From Selaginella moellendorffii (taxonomy: Eukaryota > Plantae > Lycopodiophyta): 64,000 nt of DNA. Shown one piece after another: positions 1 to 12,479 of the stretch. Every line of letters begins with the position of its first letter. Within the stretch, counting starts at the first letter, position 1. Position numbers and translations under genes: made by a program. The notes below the pieces were generated by a model. It had not been told where the DNA came from. It saw only the letters and a program-made list of their open reading frames with translations, and made no database searches. The stretch spans positions 340,113 to 404,112 of the forward strand of contig NW_003314335.1 of assembly GCF_000143415.4 (NCBI RefSeq), written 5' to 3'.

Positions 1-482
1 ATCGGGCGCTCGTCGTCGTCCAAGCCCTCGTACGGAACGTGCTCCACCCGGATGTTCCCGCCGTCACACCGGTGGTTGATGAACCTGGCCACGTTCCCGT
101 AGGCGACGGCGTCCACCACCACCAAATTGGCCGGGAACCTGGCGTCGCCAGGCATCTGGAACTGGTAGTCATGACGCGCGGAGCTTGAAAAGTCGAGCAC
201 CTCGCCCACGTACTCGCACACGAAGCTGTCTTTGGGGATTGTTTCCGCGGCTCGGACGCCCCAGCCGCAGCTTTCAGTCTTGAAGATGGCGAGTCTCTTT
301 TGCATCTGGCAGCTGCACTGCGGGCCGCACCTGTCTTTCGGCTCTGAGCGTGGCGAAGGGTTGCGGTCGAAAGGTGGCAACGGTCCACGAATGTTGTGGC
401 GCACGTAGTAAAAGTTGGCGACGAAGTCCTTTGGAAACGAGACGCGGTCCATGGAATCCTTTGGTTGTAATGAATGGACCAT
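1..482 (-). CDS. SET-domain histone-lysine methyltransferase (SUV39/SUVH-like), 3' end runs off the window
   Basis: Manual minus-strand translation from ATG 482 (or 452): ...RCGPQCSCQMQKRLAIFKTESCGWGVRAAETIPKDSFVCEYVGEVL...VVDAVAYGNVARFINHRCDGGN. This contains the SET motifs GWGV, FVCEYVGE and RFINHxC. TATATAAG lies just upstream (~500-507, minus). Missed by the ORF track because no stop lies in the window. Confidence 0.85.
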   Translation of the reverse strand, partial: MVHSLQPKDSMDRVSFPKDFVANFYYVRHNIRGPLPPFDRNPSPRSEPKDRCGPQCSCQMQKRLAIFKTESCGWGVRAAETIPKDSFVCEYVGEVLDFSSSARHDYQFQMPGDARFPANLVVVDAVAYGNVARFINHRCDGGNIRVEHVPYEGLDDDERP

Positions 483-646
483 CTTTGCGAGGTTTGCGCT
501 TATATAGTTGGCACCGAAAAAGGGTTAGATGCTAGGTATATTTTACTGGTAGTTAACTCCTGTTGAAGTAAAGGAACTAACCTTAAGGCTTAGTAGGAAA
601 CGTTTTTCTTTCTCTTGTTAATAATACAACTTGTCTGTGCAAATAG

Positions 647-2206
647 TCATTCTCCTCTCTGGGAAATTTTCTTCAAAATCTTGGATCTCACGAACTCTTG
701 CTGGTCCATGTCGAGCACGCCACCGGTACCCTCCTCCACCACGTAAAACACATCCTCCACTCGGCTATCCTGCGTCGAGATCTTCGCTCCTTGAACGCTA
801 CAAAACAAGCAACGAGAGTTACGTAAGTTCCTTCCTGTCTGGCAAGAGAAATCAAAATAGAAGAGCACACATACCTGACGCCAGCTTCGTTGAGAGCCAG
901 AATGATGTCCGCCAGGAGCATGTGTCGATCCGGCCCCTCGACTTTGATCTCGGTTTGCTTGCCGACGTTCTGGAAGTGAATGCCGACGCTCTCGGCTCCT
1001 CCCGAGTCCACCACCGCGTCGTGGATCCTGGCGCTCTCCTCTTCCAGCGAAGTTCCAATGCTCAGAGTCGGAGACACCGTCCCGGCATCCTGTTCTTCCA
1101 GGCAGCTCGAGCGAGAGTTCACGTCCACGTCCCACGGCGGTGCCACCGATTCATAGACACTGTCCGACAAGTCTGCTGCCGCTCCAACCACGTCAAACCT
1201 CGTCAAGGTTGCCGCCGGACTGGAGAAGTCATCGTCCAAGAGCTCGCAGTATGTCTTCCTCCTGAAAAAAAGAAAAAGCAACGGGGGTGGCAAGCGAAAG
1301 ACCTGCTAAGTGAGAAGATCGACGACAAATGGAAATGAGACACAAAGATTAAAAAGCTGGAAGAAACGTACCCGGCTCTAAAACTCTCCCACGAAAGGAT
1401 CTTCGAAACTTCGATGCCTCGACCGACCGGGAGCGTGGACGAGTCGACCCCCGGCTGCTGACGGACGTGCTTTATGTACTCGTTGGTGGCGTCGTCCAGC
1501 GCATTGTAAGCGACGATGATGGCCGCGTGCGTGAATCTCAGGCTGTCAAAGTAGTCGATGTAGTTCTCCGGCTCGCCAGTGAAGAGCACGAAGTCGAAGC
1601 CTTCCCGGTCCAAGACGAAGGAGCCGGGCTTGTCCGGGAAGAAGTCCACGTAGTCGCTGAGGCCGAGGTCCAGGACGTAGCGGGCGACGACGGCCTGCTT
1701 CTGGCGGTCGGTGTCCACGCACTCGAGGCAGCCACCGGTTGCTCGAGCGGCGGCGGCGAGGGCGATGGTGGAGAGGCCGCAGCCAATGTGGAGAATTCGG
1801 CGAGAGTTGCTCCCGGCGGCCAAGGCGGCTATAAACTCAGCACTTCCGGGTTCTAACACTCGTGGGCGGCTGGACGACCAGTTTGGGTGCTGCTTCTCTA
1901 GAATGATTTTCCGCTGCAAAGCCACACAAGGTGGAGGAGAGTTAGAAATCTATACCACCCATCCAGCAAGATCACGACGAAAAGATCGAGAACAAGGGAA
2001 GGAGAAAAAAAAGAAAGAGAGAAAGAACAGAGTCTGGCCTACAAAGGACTGGAGAACACAAAAAGAGGGTCTGGCCTGCAAAGAATGACTTTAGAAACTC
2101 TCCCCGGAGGTAGGAGAAGTTACCAAAAAGAGGGAAAAGCGCTCATACTTACCAAATGCAAGGTCTCGCAGAAAGCCGGATTCGCAATGTCTGGGAACCA
2201 CGGCAT
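647..2206 (-). CDS. DUF1442-like SAM-dependent methyltransferase-fold protein fused to a C-terminal ACT domain (4 exons: 2206-2153, 1913-1372, 1261-875, 797-647)
   Basis: GT-AG junctions splice in frame. N-terminus MPWFPDIANPAFCETLHL and EPGSAEFIAALAAG...STIALAAAARATGG...FDFVLF resemble the plant DUF1442 family. C-terminus TEIKVEGPDRHMLLADIILALNEAGVSVQGAKISTQDSRVEDVFYV resembles ACR/GlnD-type ACT domains. Confidence 0.75.
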
Positions 2207-3620
2207 TTCCAGTCACCCAAATGCATACCTGGAGGGGTTGCAAATAGCCCACAGATCAATCCACCAGATCCATCAAATCCAAGCATGCTCTCTATGGGGC
2301 AATCCCCACAAATCCATCATGCATTCTTGCAATCCCACCTCTTAGTGCGCTGCGTCCAGGATCATCTAGTATCAAAGAACAGGCCACAGATCCCCTCCAT
2401 AGAAGATCAAATCAAGGTGGACACCATCTCTATAACTAATTGATCCAATGATGACAAGAGAAGAAGGGGAAGAAAAAATGAAATCTGCCATAGCTGAAGC
2501 TCCATCCTAGTTAAAAGCCACAAACACATAAAGCCTAACTCATAACATTTACCATTAGATAAGAGTGAATCTGGCCCATGAGAAATGATAATTTTACTTT
2601 TTATTTCGACTTGTGAAGTAAAAAATTAAAAGAGGCAGTGCAGCTATTATTTGTCTGATTGGCTCCACGTGGCGAGCGGTTTGTTCGTGTCGAGCTAGTT
2701 ATTCCCTTTGTTCGTGGGCGGGCTCATGCTCTTGGCATGGGCATGTGGTTTGGTAACTTTTCATTTATAAGATTTTCTCTCGGGGTTTCGCGATTTTTCT
2801 ATACGAATGTGCTGTAACCTTTGTGGAGAATTTTCCATGTAATTACGATCAACGTCGTGGACGAAATGGTCCCTCTGATTCCATTGAGAGACAGCTTTAA
2901 TACGTTGATGTGAGTGAGCGTGTTTTTTTTTTATTAATTTCTCTCTTTTCCTGAGAGAATCTTTTTTTTCTTTCCGGTTGTTATCCGGAGGAACACCCAT
3001 TTGTGCCACCTCTTTTGCTGGCCGAGTAATTGAAAAGAGTTTCCTTCCTTTGTATGTGTGTGCGTGTGTGCGTGTCACAGTCCAAGTTTCTAGATCCCAA
3101 GACATTCCAAAGACCTTTCCTCGAGACTTACTATAGCCAACCACCTTTCACAGCGGGGGCGGCTGTTTAATCAAACGGGTTAACATCGAAGAGTTTGACA
3201 AGAAACACTCGAAAAATCAGTGGTGGTGAGATGAAGAAAAAAAAGGAGCGAATCGATCCACTTGTTTAAGCAAACCACACATGGAAGAAAAGAAAATTAA
3301 GTGACGAGAGATTTATCCAGACCACGGGGACCGCAAGGCCGGGAAACCATAAACTTGAAAGAAGAAAACGCAGATATTCTCATGTGAGAAGAGTTGCTTT
3401 GTCAAGATGACTGATCGCTACGTTTGATCTAAAGCCTGCTTATAAACAAGAATAAAGACGATAAGTTTCGTGAAGAGCGATAGCGTCAGCCATGAACTCA
3501 GAGCTGTAGCGTAAGCGGGCGAGAACCCGGAAGAATCAAAGAAAGCAGAAAAATAGAATACTTGGAAGAAGAGTGCGCGGTCGATCGACTAGACGCAATT
3601 TGTTTGGGGGTGTTTGGATC

Positions 3621-5267
3621 TTACAAGAGCACTGTGGCTGATGCTAAGATAATGCCACTGCTATCTTTCATGTCTGCAACACTGTTCCAACGCGTGAACT
3701 TAGAATTGGAGGCAGTGCCGAGATGACATACCTCCGCCGTGCTCACCGGCTGGATGGACGATCGGTTCCGGTTTTGCCATGACTCGATTCTACCTCCGAT
3801 GACATACAGCTTGTCACCGAGGCACTCGAGGGCGAAACCGAAACGATACGAGGACCTGTTGTAGAGCTTACCCGTGGAGATATGCCCGATGTGATCCCAC
3901 TCGTTGAGCTCCGGATCGTATCTCATCAGCTTGCTCTGATGAACAACGAGGAGATTTTCTCGAAAGATTGTGTTGGGACCGGGAACCTGCCGTACGAAGA
4001 AAAAAGACGCTAAACTTTAAGACGAGAAGTGACGGGAACGAGCAAGCGCTACCTTGTGAGAATCCAGCCACATCTCCGGGATCAACGTCCAGCTCTTGCT
4101 TGCGGGATTAAAAAACTCGGCCGATGCTCGCTGCGGGTGGTCGCCATAATTGTTGATCACCACTTCGCCGGCAATGACCCAGAACTGGCCGTTGAGCACT
4201 GTTCCTCGGCAGCTGGAGCGGACGCAATGCATGGAAGGCATTTGGTGCCATCGCTTCTCCCTGTAGTCCAGCACCTCGGCCGAGTCCAGGAAGCAAGACC
4301 GCCCCTGGCCACCGGCAACGTAGACGAAATCGCCAATCGCTGCCGCAGCAAACCAGCCGCGTGGAGTTGTCAGGCTCGGGCCTCGCTGCCACTTGTTCCG
4401 AAACGCATCGTAGATAAAAACGTCGCCACAGACCTCCACTGGAACAAAAGACAAGAAAACAAGGAATCAGCGCCAGGAGGGAAAAAAAAAAAACGAAGAG
4501 AACAAAAGGAAGATGCAAGTGTTACATTATGGACCTTGGCCCAGTTGCTGCGTTGCCTCGTTGTAAATGCGCCGAGCCCCTCCCATGAGTATGAGCTTCG
4601 AGTCGAGAGCGACGCAGGCGAAGCCCTGCCATGTCTCTGACGATATGTTTGCGGGCACTGGCGACATGTTGTACCAGCGGTTGGCATCTGGATCAAACGC
4701 ACGAAATGCCGCTCCAGTGGCAGACTCCACCAGCACATAAATCCATCCTTGCAAAAATCCCCCCTGTCGAGACCAAGATCATCAATACTGACAGGGAAAG
4801 CAGGAAAAAAGCAAAGACAAAAACAAACGCGCAAGAACAGCCCTGGAACAAGTCTAGAACAAAGAAAAATAAAAGAAAAGTTCATGCAAGACACTTAGTC
4901 ATCTATCTAAAACGCACAGAGAAAGATAGAAAGCAAGGAGATAGAGCAAGAACAGCGAGGAAGATAATTGTTGTGAACATACCTGGTGTCTGAGGAGTCG
5001 AAATGTTTCGCTGCTAACAGCTCGTTTCCAGGCCGAGGAAACGAGGCGGAGGAGTGGAAACATTCCTCGAGGAAGCCTGGCGATGCACAGAATAGCTAAA
5101 TCGTTGGGCAATCCAGGTATGAGGAGCTTGCCTTCGTCACACCACGAGCGGGCCGCAGCCGCGCAATCTTCTTCCCCAGCGCCAGAGAATTCTGCGGACA
5201 ATCCCACCGAGCTGCTGGGATTTTGTCCCCGGCGATCGGATGAGGAGGAGCAGGAGGCGCCAGACAT
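3621..5267 (-). CDS. F-box/kelch-repeat protein (exons 5267-4983, 4763-4535, 4438-4053, 3986-3621)
   Basis: F-box LIPGLPNDLAILCIARLP. Kelch blades with GG/W motifs (VYVAGGQG...W, LYVIGG). Canonical introns keep the frame. Confidence 0.93.
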
Positions 5268-5350
5268 GATCGATCCAAAAGCTGCTGGGAAGCGAGAGAC
5301 AAAGAATGGGGAAGAACCCTAACCCTATGGCGCCCATTTTCATTTGAGCG

Positions 5351-5360
5351 GCCACGTGGC
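5351..5360. promoter_or_regulatory. Palindromic G-box GCCACGTGGC upstream of the F-box/kelch gene
   Basis: Perfect 10-bp palindrome ~85 bp upstream of ATG 5267. Function is inferred. Confidence 0.4.
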
Positions 5361-5642
5361 GGGGACAACTGATATCAGCGGGAAAGAAGAGAACCACAAG
5401 AAGTTCGTGGCTTTTCGCGGGGATGGGAACTACATGAAATTCTTGCCCCGGAAAAAAGGATTAAAGGATCACGTTACTTGTCACGAAATGCGCGGACGCA
5501 TTATAAGTAATAATTCCAGAATTGTACCTTTTTTAAAATCATTTTTATAAACCCGTTTAAAAATTAAAATAACTTTAAGGCAATTCAAGTACAACTAGGT
5601 GCAAAAAAAAAAAGTAATTTTTCCAGGCTCAATCTTTCATCT

Positions 5643-6695
5643 TCACTTCGAGAAGATCCCATAAACCCTGCTGTACATACCTTCGGATCTCCTGCTAGAT
5701 CGAAAGCTCCCGAGCTTGTGCCAAACACTCAGCATGAATGCCCGAGCACGAACCAAGAACCCAGTGACGAAAGCGCGGTTGCCAGGAAGAAAAGCAAAGA
5801 ACGTCGGAATCGACAGCAGCAGCACTGCGGCAGCTCCGCCACCGCCAACGTTCTCCCTCATCCAACCTCCCTGCGCCACCACGCAATCCCGGAGCTCCGA
5901 GAAGAGCCACCAGCACGACTTGAGGATGGCGAGCCCGGTCAGCGCTGCCGCTCGAAGCAACCAGACGTTGATCAGCAAGCCGGACAGCATCAACACCATC
6001 GATGCCGTGAAATCCACGAGCCAAGCTATGGTGATTGGGATCGAGGCCAGCGAGGGAGTAAGCTTGGACGTGAGAGCAGCACCGAAGAGTGTACAGCAGA
6101 GCACTACGAAACCCAGGGAAGATAAAATCTTCCACGGTAGACTCCCATCGTTTGATCCTCCAGATCCCCCGCCTCCTCCTCGATTGCCATTTCTTCCATC
6201 GCCACCACTTGATCCCGGGGAGCCCATGATCGAGTTTTCCGGATCCAAAAGCTCCTTGTGATCCTTCCACAAAGATCGCAGCATGGAGATTCTATCGGCC
6301 TGCGAGAGGAGAAAGAGCCTCAACCCCAAGGAGACGAGCGCCACGTACAGTTCCTTCCTTCTCTCGCTCTTTTGCCTTCTCCGGCTCCTTAGAAACCCCA
6401 AAACTCGCATCAACAGCCTCGTCTTGCGCAGCTTCTTGGAGAAATTCACCCCTGTTTTGGAAGATCTCGCGAAAAAGCCACCGACATTGGCCGATTTGAG
6501 GCATGCGCCGATCCTGGATTTCTTGCCGGCGGCCCAGGTCCTCCAATCTGTGGCCGCGGCGGCGTCATCCCAGTGATGCTTGGAGGCGAAACCCACGAAA
6601 TTCCTGGCCGAGAATCGGCAGAAAATGCGAGAATTTCTGACCGGAGACTTACCACAAGTCGCAAAATCTGCAGCTACAGAGGCAGAGGCTTCCAT
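5643..6695 (-). CDS. Intronless 350-aa protein of unknown function; putative plastid membrane protein
   Basis: Long ORF with an S/A/R-rich transit-peptide-like N-terminus, a Gly-rich linker (GSSGGDGRNGNRGGGGGSGG) and several hydrophobic helices. A telo-box-like sequence lies just upstream. Confidence 0.65.
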   Translation of the reverse strand: MEASASVAADFATCGKSPVRNSRIFCRFSARNFVGFASKHHWDDAAAATDWRTWAAGKKSRIGACLKSANVGGFFARSSKTGVNFSKKLRKTRLLMRVLGFLRSRRRQKSERRKELYVALVSLGLRLFLLSQADRISMLRSLWKDHKELLDPENSIMGSPGSSGGDGRNGNRGGGGGSGGSNDGSLPWKILSSLGFVVLCCTLFGAALTSKLTPSLASIPITIAWLVDFTASMVLMLSGLLINVWLLRAAALTGLAILKSCWWLFSELRDCVVAQGGWMRENVGGGGAAAVLLLSIPTFFAFLPGNRAFVTGFLVRARAFMLSVWHKLGSFRSSRRSEGMYSRVYGIFSK

Positions 6696-6982
6696 CGAGC
6701 GAAAGCCCTAAGAGATAGGGTTTAGTGTTTCCAACGGCTGGTCCAACGGTCTGAATCTATACTATTTCACAAAATATGCAAACTAGTATTTATCTGATTT
6801 AGTTTCGTTTAAGGTTTTAATTATCAGTAAAATTTATCTTAAATTCACATTTAAAATAGTAACAAAATAAAAAGTAATATTTATTAAATATATTTTGTAT
6901 AAAATAGGCATATTTTAATAAAGTCAACACTTTATTCACTTTATAAGACTTTCTATTTACTGTGTTTTTCTAAATATAAAAA

Positions 6983-7888
6983 ATGCTCTATAAAATGTTA
7001 GTGCTTTTTACTTTTCTTACTTTTTGCTATGCTCAACCACCTCAAACTAGGTGGCTAGGAAATTTTGGTCATTTTAGTAATCAGCAAATTAATAGAATTA
7101 TAGATGAAATTAAACTTTTAATAGAGAGTATTGATATTGATGAACCAATTACAATCTCCAACAGTGAACTCTATCTTCATAAGGTCATTCAAATTGGTTA
7201 TCAACAAGTGATGATTAGAATTTATGTTATTCCTACAGGATTAAAAAACTTTCTTAATTGTAATCCACCCCCTTTTAATTTACAACTTAATACCCAAGTT
7301 ATTCAGAATATATTCTTGCAAATATTAAGATTGGTAGCATATCATGCACGTTCATATCCTTTAGGAATGATTGGAACTTTATACAGATATTTTGTTGTGG
7401 ATTATGTTGCACTTGGAGAAATCCAATATCCAAAAGGTTTACCTGATGATCAAAATCCACTTTCTAATTTATTGAATTTTAAAATTGGAATGGATACTCA
7501 TTAATGTTGGCCATATCGCACACAAATAATAAATGGCCCATTAAAATTTATTGGCACACATATATTAAATGGTAATAGTTTAGTATCTCCAAAAAATAAG
7601 TTCAGAGAAAATTTAAAAAATTGTAATTTAGAGATTGAAAATTTTATTACAAAAGAAATCATATGGTCTTCAAAATCAGAAAGGTATAATATGTTTTGTT
7701 ATTTTCATCTTCAACTTAATGGTCATTTAGTTATAAAAGATAAAAATGAAAATATAAAATGGAAAAATAATATCTTTTGTTTGAATTGTCTTTTATCTGC
7801 AGTTTTAACAATTGAAGATACAGGGTACTTAACTATAATTTCCTATAACTATAATATACAGAAACTATTATGGAAAAGTGAATTTTAA
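6983..7888 (+). pseudogene. Secreted protein with C-terminal bulb-type (GNA/B-) lectin-like domain, copy 1, disrupted
   Basis: Signal-peptide-like start (MLYKMLVLFTFLTFCYA). Premature TAA at 7502-7504 where the paralog has CAA, and a +1 T in the T-run at ~7546-7549. Corrected frame gives NGNSLVSPKNKFR..CNLEI..IWSSK..CYFHLQLNGHLVIKD..W..LTIEDTGYLTI..LW, a B-lectin beta-prism pattern. Confidence 0.65.
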
Positions 7889-7911
7889 AAATAAAATTTA
7901 TAATTTAGATG

Positions 7912-8086
7912 TGTGAGTGCTTGGAATATGGAAAGGGAATACAGAAATGTGCATATTAATTAGCCCAAAAACCTTAGCTTATATACATGAGCGAGTGGTC
8001 CAGATTGAAACCAATTCGACGACTACCAAAATCTCACTACGCTAATATTAGTATACGGCATCGTAACCGTACACTTGGCCCTCACA
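7912..8086 (-). repeat. 3' LTR of the short-LTR gypsy
   Basis: Direct repeat of 11873-12047 with TG...CA ends. Confidence 0.95.
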
Positions 8087-11000
8087 TCATCCCCTCCTCT
8101 CAGGATAATGGAAGACCATCAGGGTTCTCTTGAAGATGGGCCGGGATCCGGAGGAACGTCAGGAGGAGGCATCGGTGGATCTGTAGGTGGTATTAACTCC
8201 TCATGATCCCTTTGTACGAAGCATTTTAGCCGCTGCACATGCACAATCTCTGGAGGATCGGCTTGCTGAACGTCATGCCAAACCTCATAAACTTGTAGTC
8301 CAATTTGTCGCAACACTCAATATGGTCCTTTCCATTGCGCAAGAAGCCCCTTAGATAAACCACATACCATAAGATGGGGAAAACGGACTAACACCAAATC
8401 ATCCACTTTGTACTCCGCAGGTGGACAATGATGGGAGTTGTAGCGCCGTTGTTGTCCCACTTGTACGCGGCCTAAGTGTTCGGCAGAATTTGCTCGGACA
8501 AGTGGAAGAATGCTCGTCAAATACTGATCCCATGATCTAGCATCGGCAGCATATGGCAATCGCGAAGGTAAACCTAGCTCCGTTGGTAATATTGGATCAT
8601 GACCATATAGGAGTTTATATGGTGAAGCACCAACAGAACTCTGCACCCCTGTAACATATGCATACCGAAGAGACAGCAAATAACCATCCCAATCCGAATG
8701 CTGAAAGTTCACATACTTCGCAATCATCCCTTTGAATGTCCGAACAAGCCGTTCCACCAGACCGTCTGATTGTGGATGATAAGCACTCGTGAAAGTGTGG
8801 CGAATCCCCACTAAGACATCAAAACATAAAATGCCTCAGCCATAAATGCGGGACCATTATCCGAAAGAATCCGCTGTGGACAAGAATGCTAGAACACCAC
8901 TCAATTGAGGAGGAAGTATCCAACAGCAGTTGCAGAGACGCTAGCAAGAGCACCAACTCCCACCCAATGAGTCAAGTAGTCAAAAGCAATAATAACATAC
9001 TCATTGCCAACAGTCGACCGTGGAAAAGGTCCCATAAGATCAAACGCCACTAACTCAAACAGACGGGAAACTGCAATTGACTCCAACCATCCTTCCGCAG
9101 CACGAGGGGGAGTATTACAAGCTTGGCACCAAACGCAGCTACGCACATACCGGATAATATCACGTCGCATCTCCGGCCAATAGAAAGACCTGCGCAGCTT
9201 CTCGGTGACACGACGGTGTCCCATATGCCCACCTAGAACAGGAGAATCATGGTAGGCATGGAGAAACCGCGGAATAAACACCGAAGGCACCACCAGCTGT
9301 AAATGATCATCAGAATTCGTCCCCACAAAATAAAGAAGGCCATCATCAAGGCGATATTGAGAATGTAAATGCCGGAAAGGCAAGTCATCAGCAAGGGATG
9401 CAGGATTCTCAAACCCATCTCGAAGCCTCCGAATCCATGGCTCAATCTTTTGAGCCTCGCGAACCTCATCAAGAGAAGGTAGATCTTGCTCTGCACCTTG
9501 TGGACACTGAACGTCAAGGACAGCAACTACCGACGGCACAGAATCCTCATCTAGAAAATCCACAGATGCTGGAACAACAGGTTCGTCAGAAACATAAGAA
9601 GTGAGTGGAGAAGGAAGAGGAGCTTGAGAAAGGGCATCAGCATCAGCCATAGAACTCCCTGGGCAATGAACAACATCGAAATCATATATCTGAAGCTTCA
9701 AAGCCCATCGAGCCGTACGACCAACCAGGTTCTTCCGCTTTAATAATGAAGTAACAGCAGCATGGTCACCTTCAAGTAACGTCCGAGAACCATGTAGATA
9801 GGCATGAAGTTTCTCGAAACCCCAGACTGCTGCTAAACACTCCTTCTCCGCGTGGAGTAATTCATCTCCGCTGGTTGTAATGTACGGCTTATGTATGCAA
9901 TGAGATGGCACTGATCCGGCACACTCGAGCTCTCTTGCATCAACACACCTCCAAGACCAATGTTAGAAGCATCCACGCACAAAATAAAAGGTCGAGTGTA
10001 GTCAGGATATGCCAAAACCGGAGGAGTCGTCAATAGTTCTTTGAGATCCACGAATGCTCGCTCACAATCCGGAGACCAGGTGAAAGATGACGTTGATGAC
10101 TTCAGCAACGCTCGCAATGGTGTAGTGCGATCGGAAAGATGATCCACAAAACGACCGAGATACTACACCTTACCCAAAAAGCACTGCACATCATTCACAC
10201 ACTTCGGAGTAGGGAACTTTAGAACAACCACAAGTTTGTCAGGATCAACTTGCAAACCCTCACGAGAAATACGGTACCCAAGATAAGTTGTGTCCTTGGA
10301 CCCAAACACGCACTTTGACCGCTTCAGCTTTAAACCAACGTCGCATAGCCGATCGAACACTTTACAACCATCACAAACGTGCTCCTCCCACGTCCCCTCT
10401 GAGTGGATCAAGACATCATCAATGAAGTCAGCAGTCACCTCTGGCATATCGCAAAGAACCTTGTCCATCATCCGCTGGAAAGTTGCTGGAGCATTGTTCA
10501 AACCAAACGGCATCACCAAGAACTCGTACAAACCAAATGGTGTATGAATAGCAGTCTTAGGAATATCTTCTTCGGCCATCGGTACTTGCCAATACCCAGA
10601 AGCAAGATCTAGCTTGGTGAACCAATGACTTCGCCCCAGACGATCCAAGAGATCAGCAGTGTGAGGAAGAAGATACACATCTGGGATCGTCACTTCGTTT
10701 AACGGACGATAGTCGATGTAAAAACGAATACTCCCATCAAGCTTCATCACAAGATGAGGTTCACATGCCCAAGGACTCCGCGACTTCCGAATAACACCCT
10801 TCTCCAGCATTTCCTTGACGTTTGCTCGTAAAATCTTGATCTCCTTAGGTGACCGACGGCGAACAGGAACCTTGATTGGACAAGCATCCCCGGTTGGAAT
10901 CGAATGACAGAATCCGGAAAACGACGGCAACGCCGATAAGTATGACCAACTTCATCACACGCGCAACAGCGAACATCACGGCCACGACCACGTCCTCGCG

Positions 11001-11872
11001 CTTGTCCTTGGACTCGAGTAGCAGCAGCATCAACCTCCATTGGAACAGGACCATCACCCATAGGAAGTGGAGCGGAAGGACGTGCAGCGAGAAGTGGAAG
11101 AGGCGACGTCTCATAACGTTGTGCCAAGCGAAGAGCATCGTCAAGGGTGGCAGGAGCAAGTGCATGCACAAGTCCGACAAGATCTTGACAAAGTGCTGGC
11201 CACAACATTCCTAGCTTGATCCGCTCCGACATATTTGGCTCCGCACGAAGCAAAAAACTTCGGAAACGAACGCCAAATTGTATCACCGACTCAGATGGCC
11301 CTTGGCGAAGACGATGCAATTGTTGGAAAGCATCATCACAATCATCGGCATGTCCAAAGGTGCGTTTGAAGATGTCCGGGAGAACACTTCAATCCTCACG
11401 AGTGGCTGCGCTCAAACCATTGTACCATTGCAATGCCATCCCTTGAAGACACGTGGGAAACTCACGCAACCGTCGAGCATCATCCCAAGAATGATATGTG
11501 GCAATCATCGTGAAATGATCAAACTAATGGTACACATCATCCCCAAGATTCCCACGAAAGAACTCCGGCCGAATGCGAGGATTGGCACCAAGAGCAAGAG
11601 GAGTTGGACCACGTGCTATGAATGCCACCATCAATTGAGTTTGGTTGTTCAATTACAAGCGCATAGCATCAAGCAATTGGACCAACTGCTGCTCGAGAGT
11701 CAAAGGAGGAGATTGCTGATTTGCCATGGAGACAAATGAAAAAAGAAAGAGCAAAAGAAGAGAAATGAGAAGGAAATGGTAGATCTAGACAATGCAAAAG
11801 CTAGATCTAAACCAAAATCCCAAATCTAAGCACTCCTCAAGGACAATCAAAGGTGCCTCTCATCTCCACCAA

Positions 11873-12047
11873 TGTGAGTGCTTGGAATATGGAAAGGGAA
11901 TACAGAAATGTGCATATTAATTAGCCTAAAAACCCTAGCTTATATATAGGAGCGAGTGGTCCAGATTGAAACCAATCCGACAGCTACCAAAATCCCACTA
12001 CGCTAATATTAGTATACGGCATCGTAATCGTACACTTGGCCCTCACA
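11873..12047 (-). repeat. 5' LTR of the short-LTR gypsy
   Basis: Direct repeat of 7912-8086, followed on the minus strand by the PBS. Confidence 0.95.
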
Positions 12048-12479
12048 GATGTTTGTGAAAGTATTACTTTATTCTAGGTTAAAATAAGTATAAAATAATA
12101 TTTTTAAGGATAATTATAAGCATAAATAAATAACAACAAATTTTTTTATACTATTTAATTTAATTTTATAAATATATAACAAACCAGCCAAGAATAATTT
12201 GCTGTACCATTTGCAAGCATTAATAGTTTATTTTCGAGTCAGGTCCTACTTGCCTATATATACATCATCCTCCATGTATAGAGGATGGGAGGGAAGTTTT
12301 CATGTGATAATTATTTACAAGAGACTTCAAATATATATCACTCTTTCACTCTTTATCTAATTTTGAGTAACGTTATCATTTTTTTTTATCTCTTTGTACT
12401 TATTAAAGGAATATATTCAGTATTATTAACCATTGCAGAATTGAACCTCAAACTTTTACACATGGGATTTGTTATATAG

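Larger units (their letters stand above)
7912..12047 (-). mobile_element. Ty3/gypsy LTR retrotransposon (non-chromovirus, short LTRs), defective
   Basis: 175-bp LTRs at 7912-8086 and 11873-12047 (TGTGAG...CTCACA, ~9 mismatches). TSD GATG. PBS TGGTGGAGATG just inside the 5' LTR; PPT at ~8087-8104. gag (ATG 11727, zinc knuckle CCACDEVGHTYRRC), RT (KLDLASGYWQ, MPFGL, FIDD), RNase H (VDAS, EKEC), integrase (HHCC, DLMGP, ILSDNG, GLVERL, GPY). Order RT-RH-INT; frameshifts and stops present. Confidence 0.95.

Noticed and set aside
2230-2510. Several short upstream ATG ORFs ahead of the DUF1442-ACT gene
   Set aside because: TSS unknown and no conservation evidence; cannot be called regulatory uORFs.
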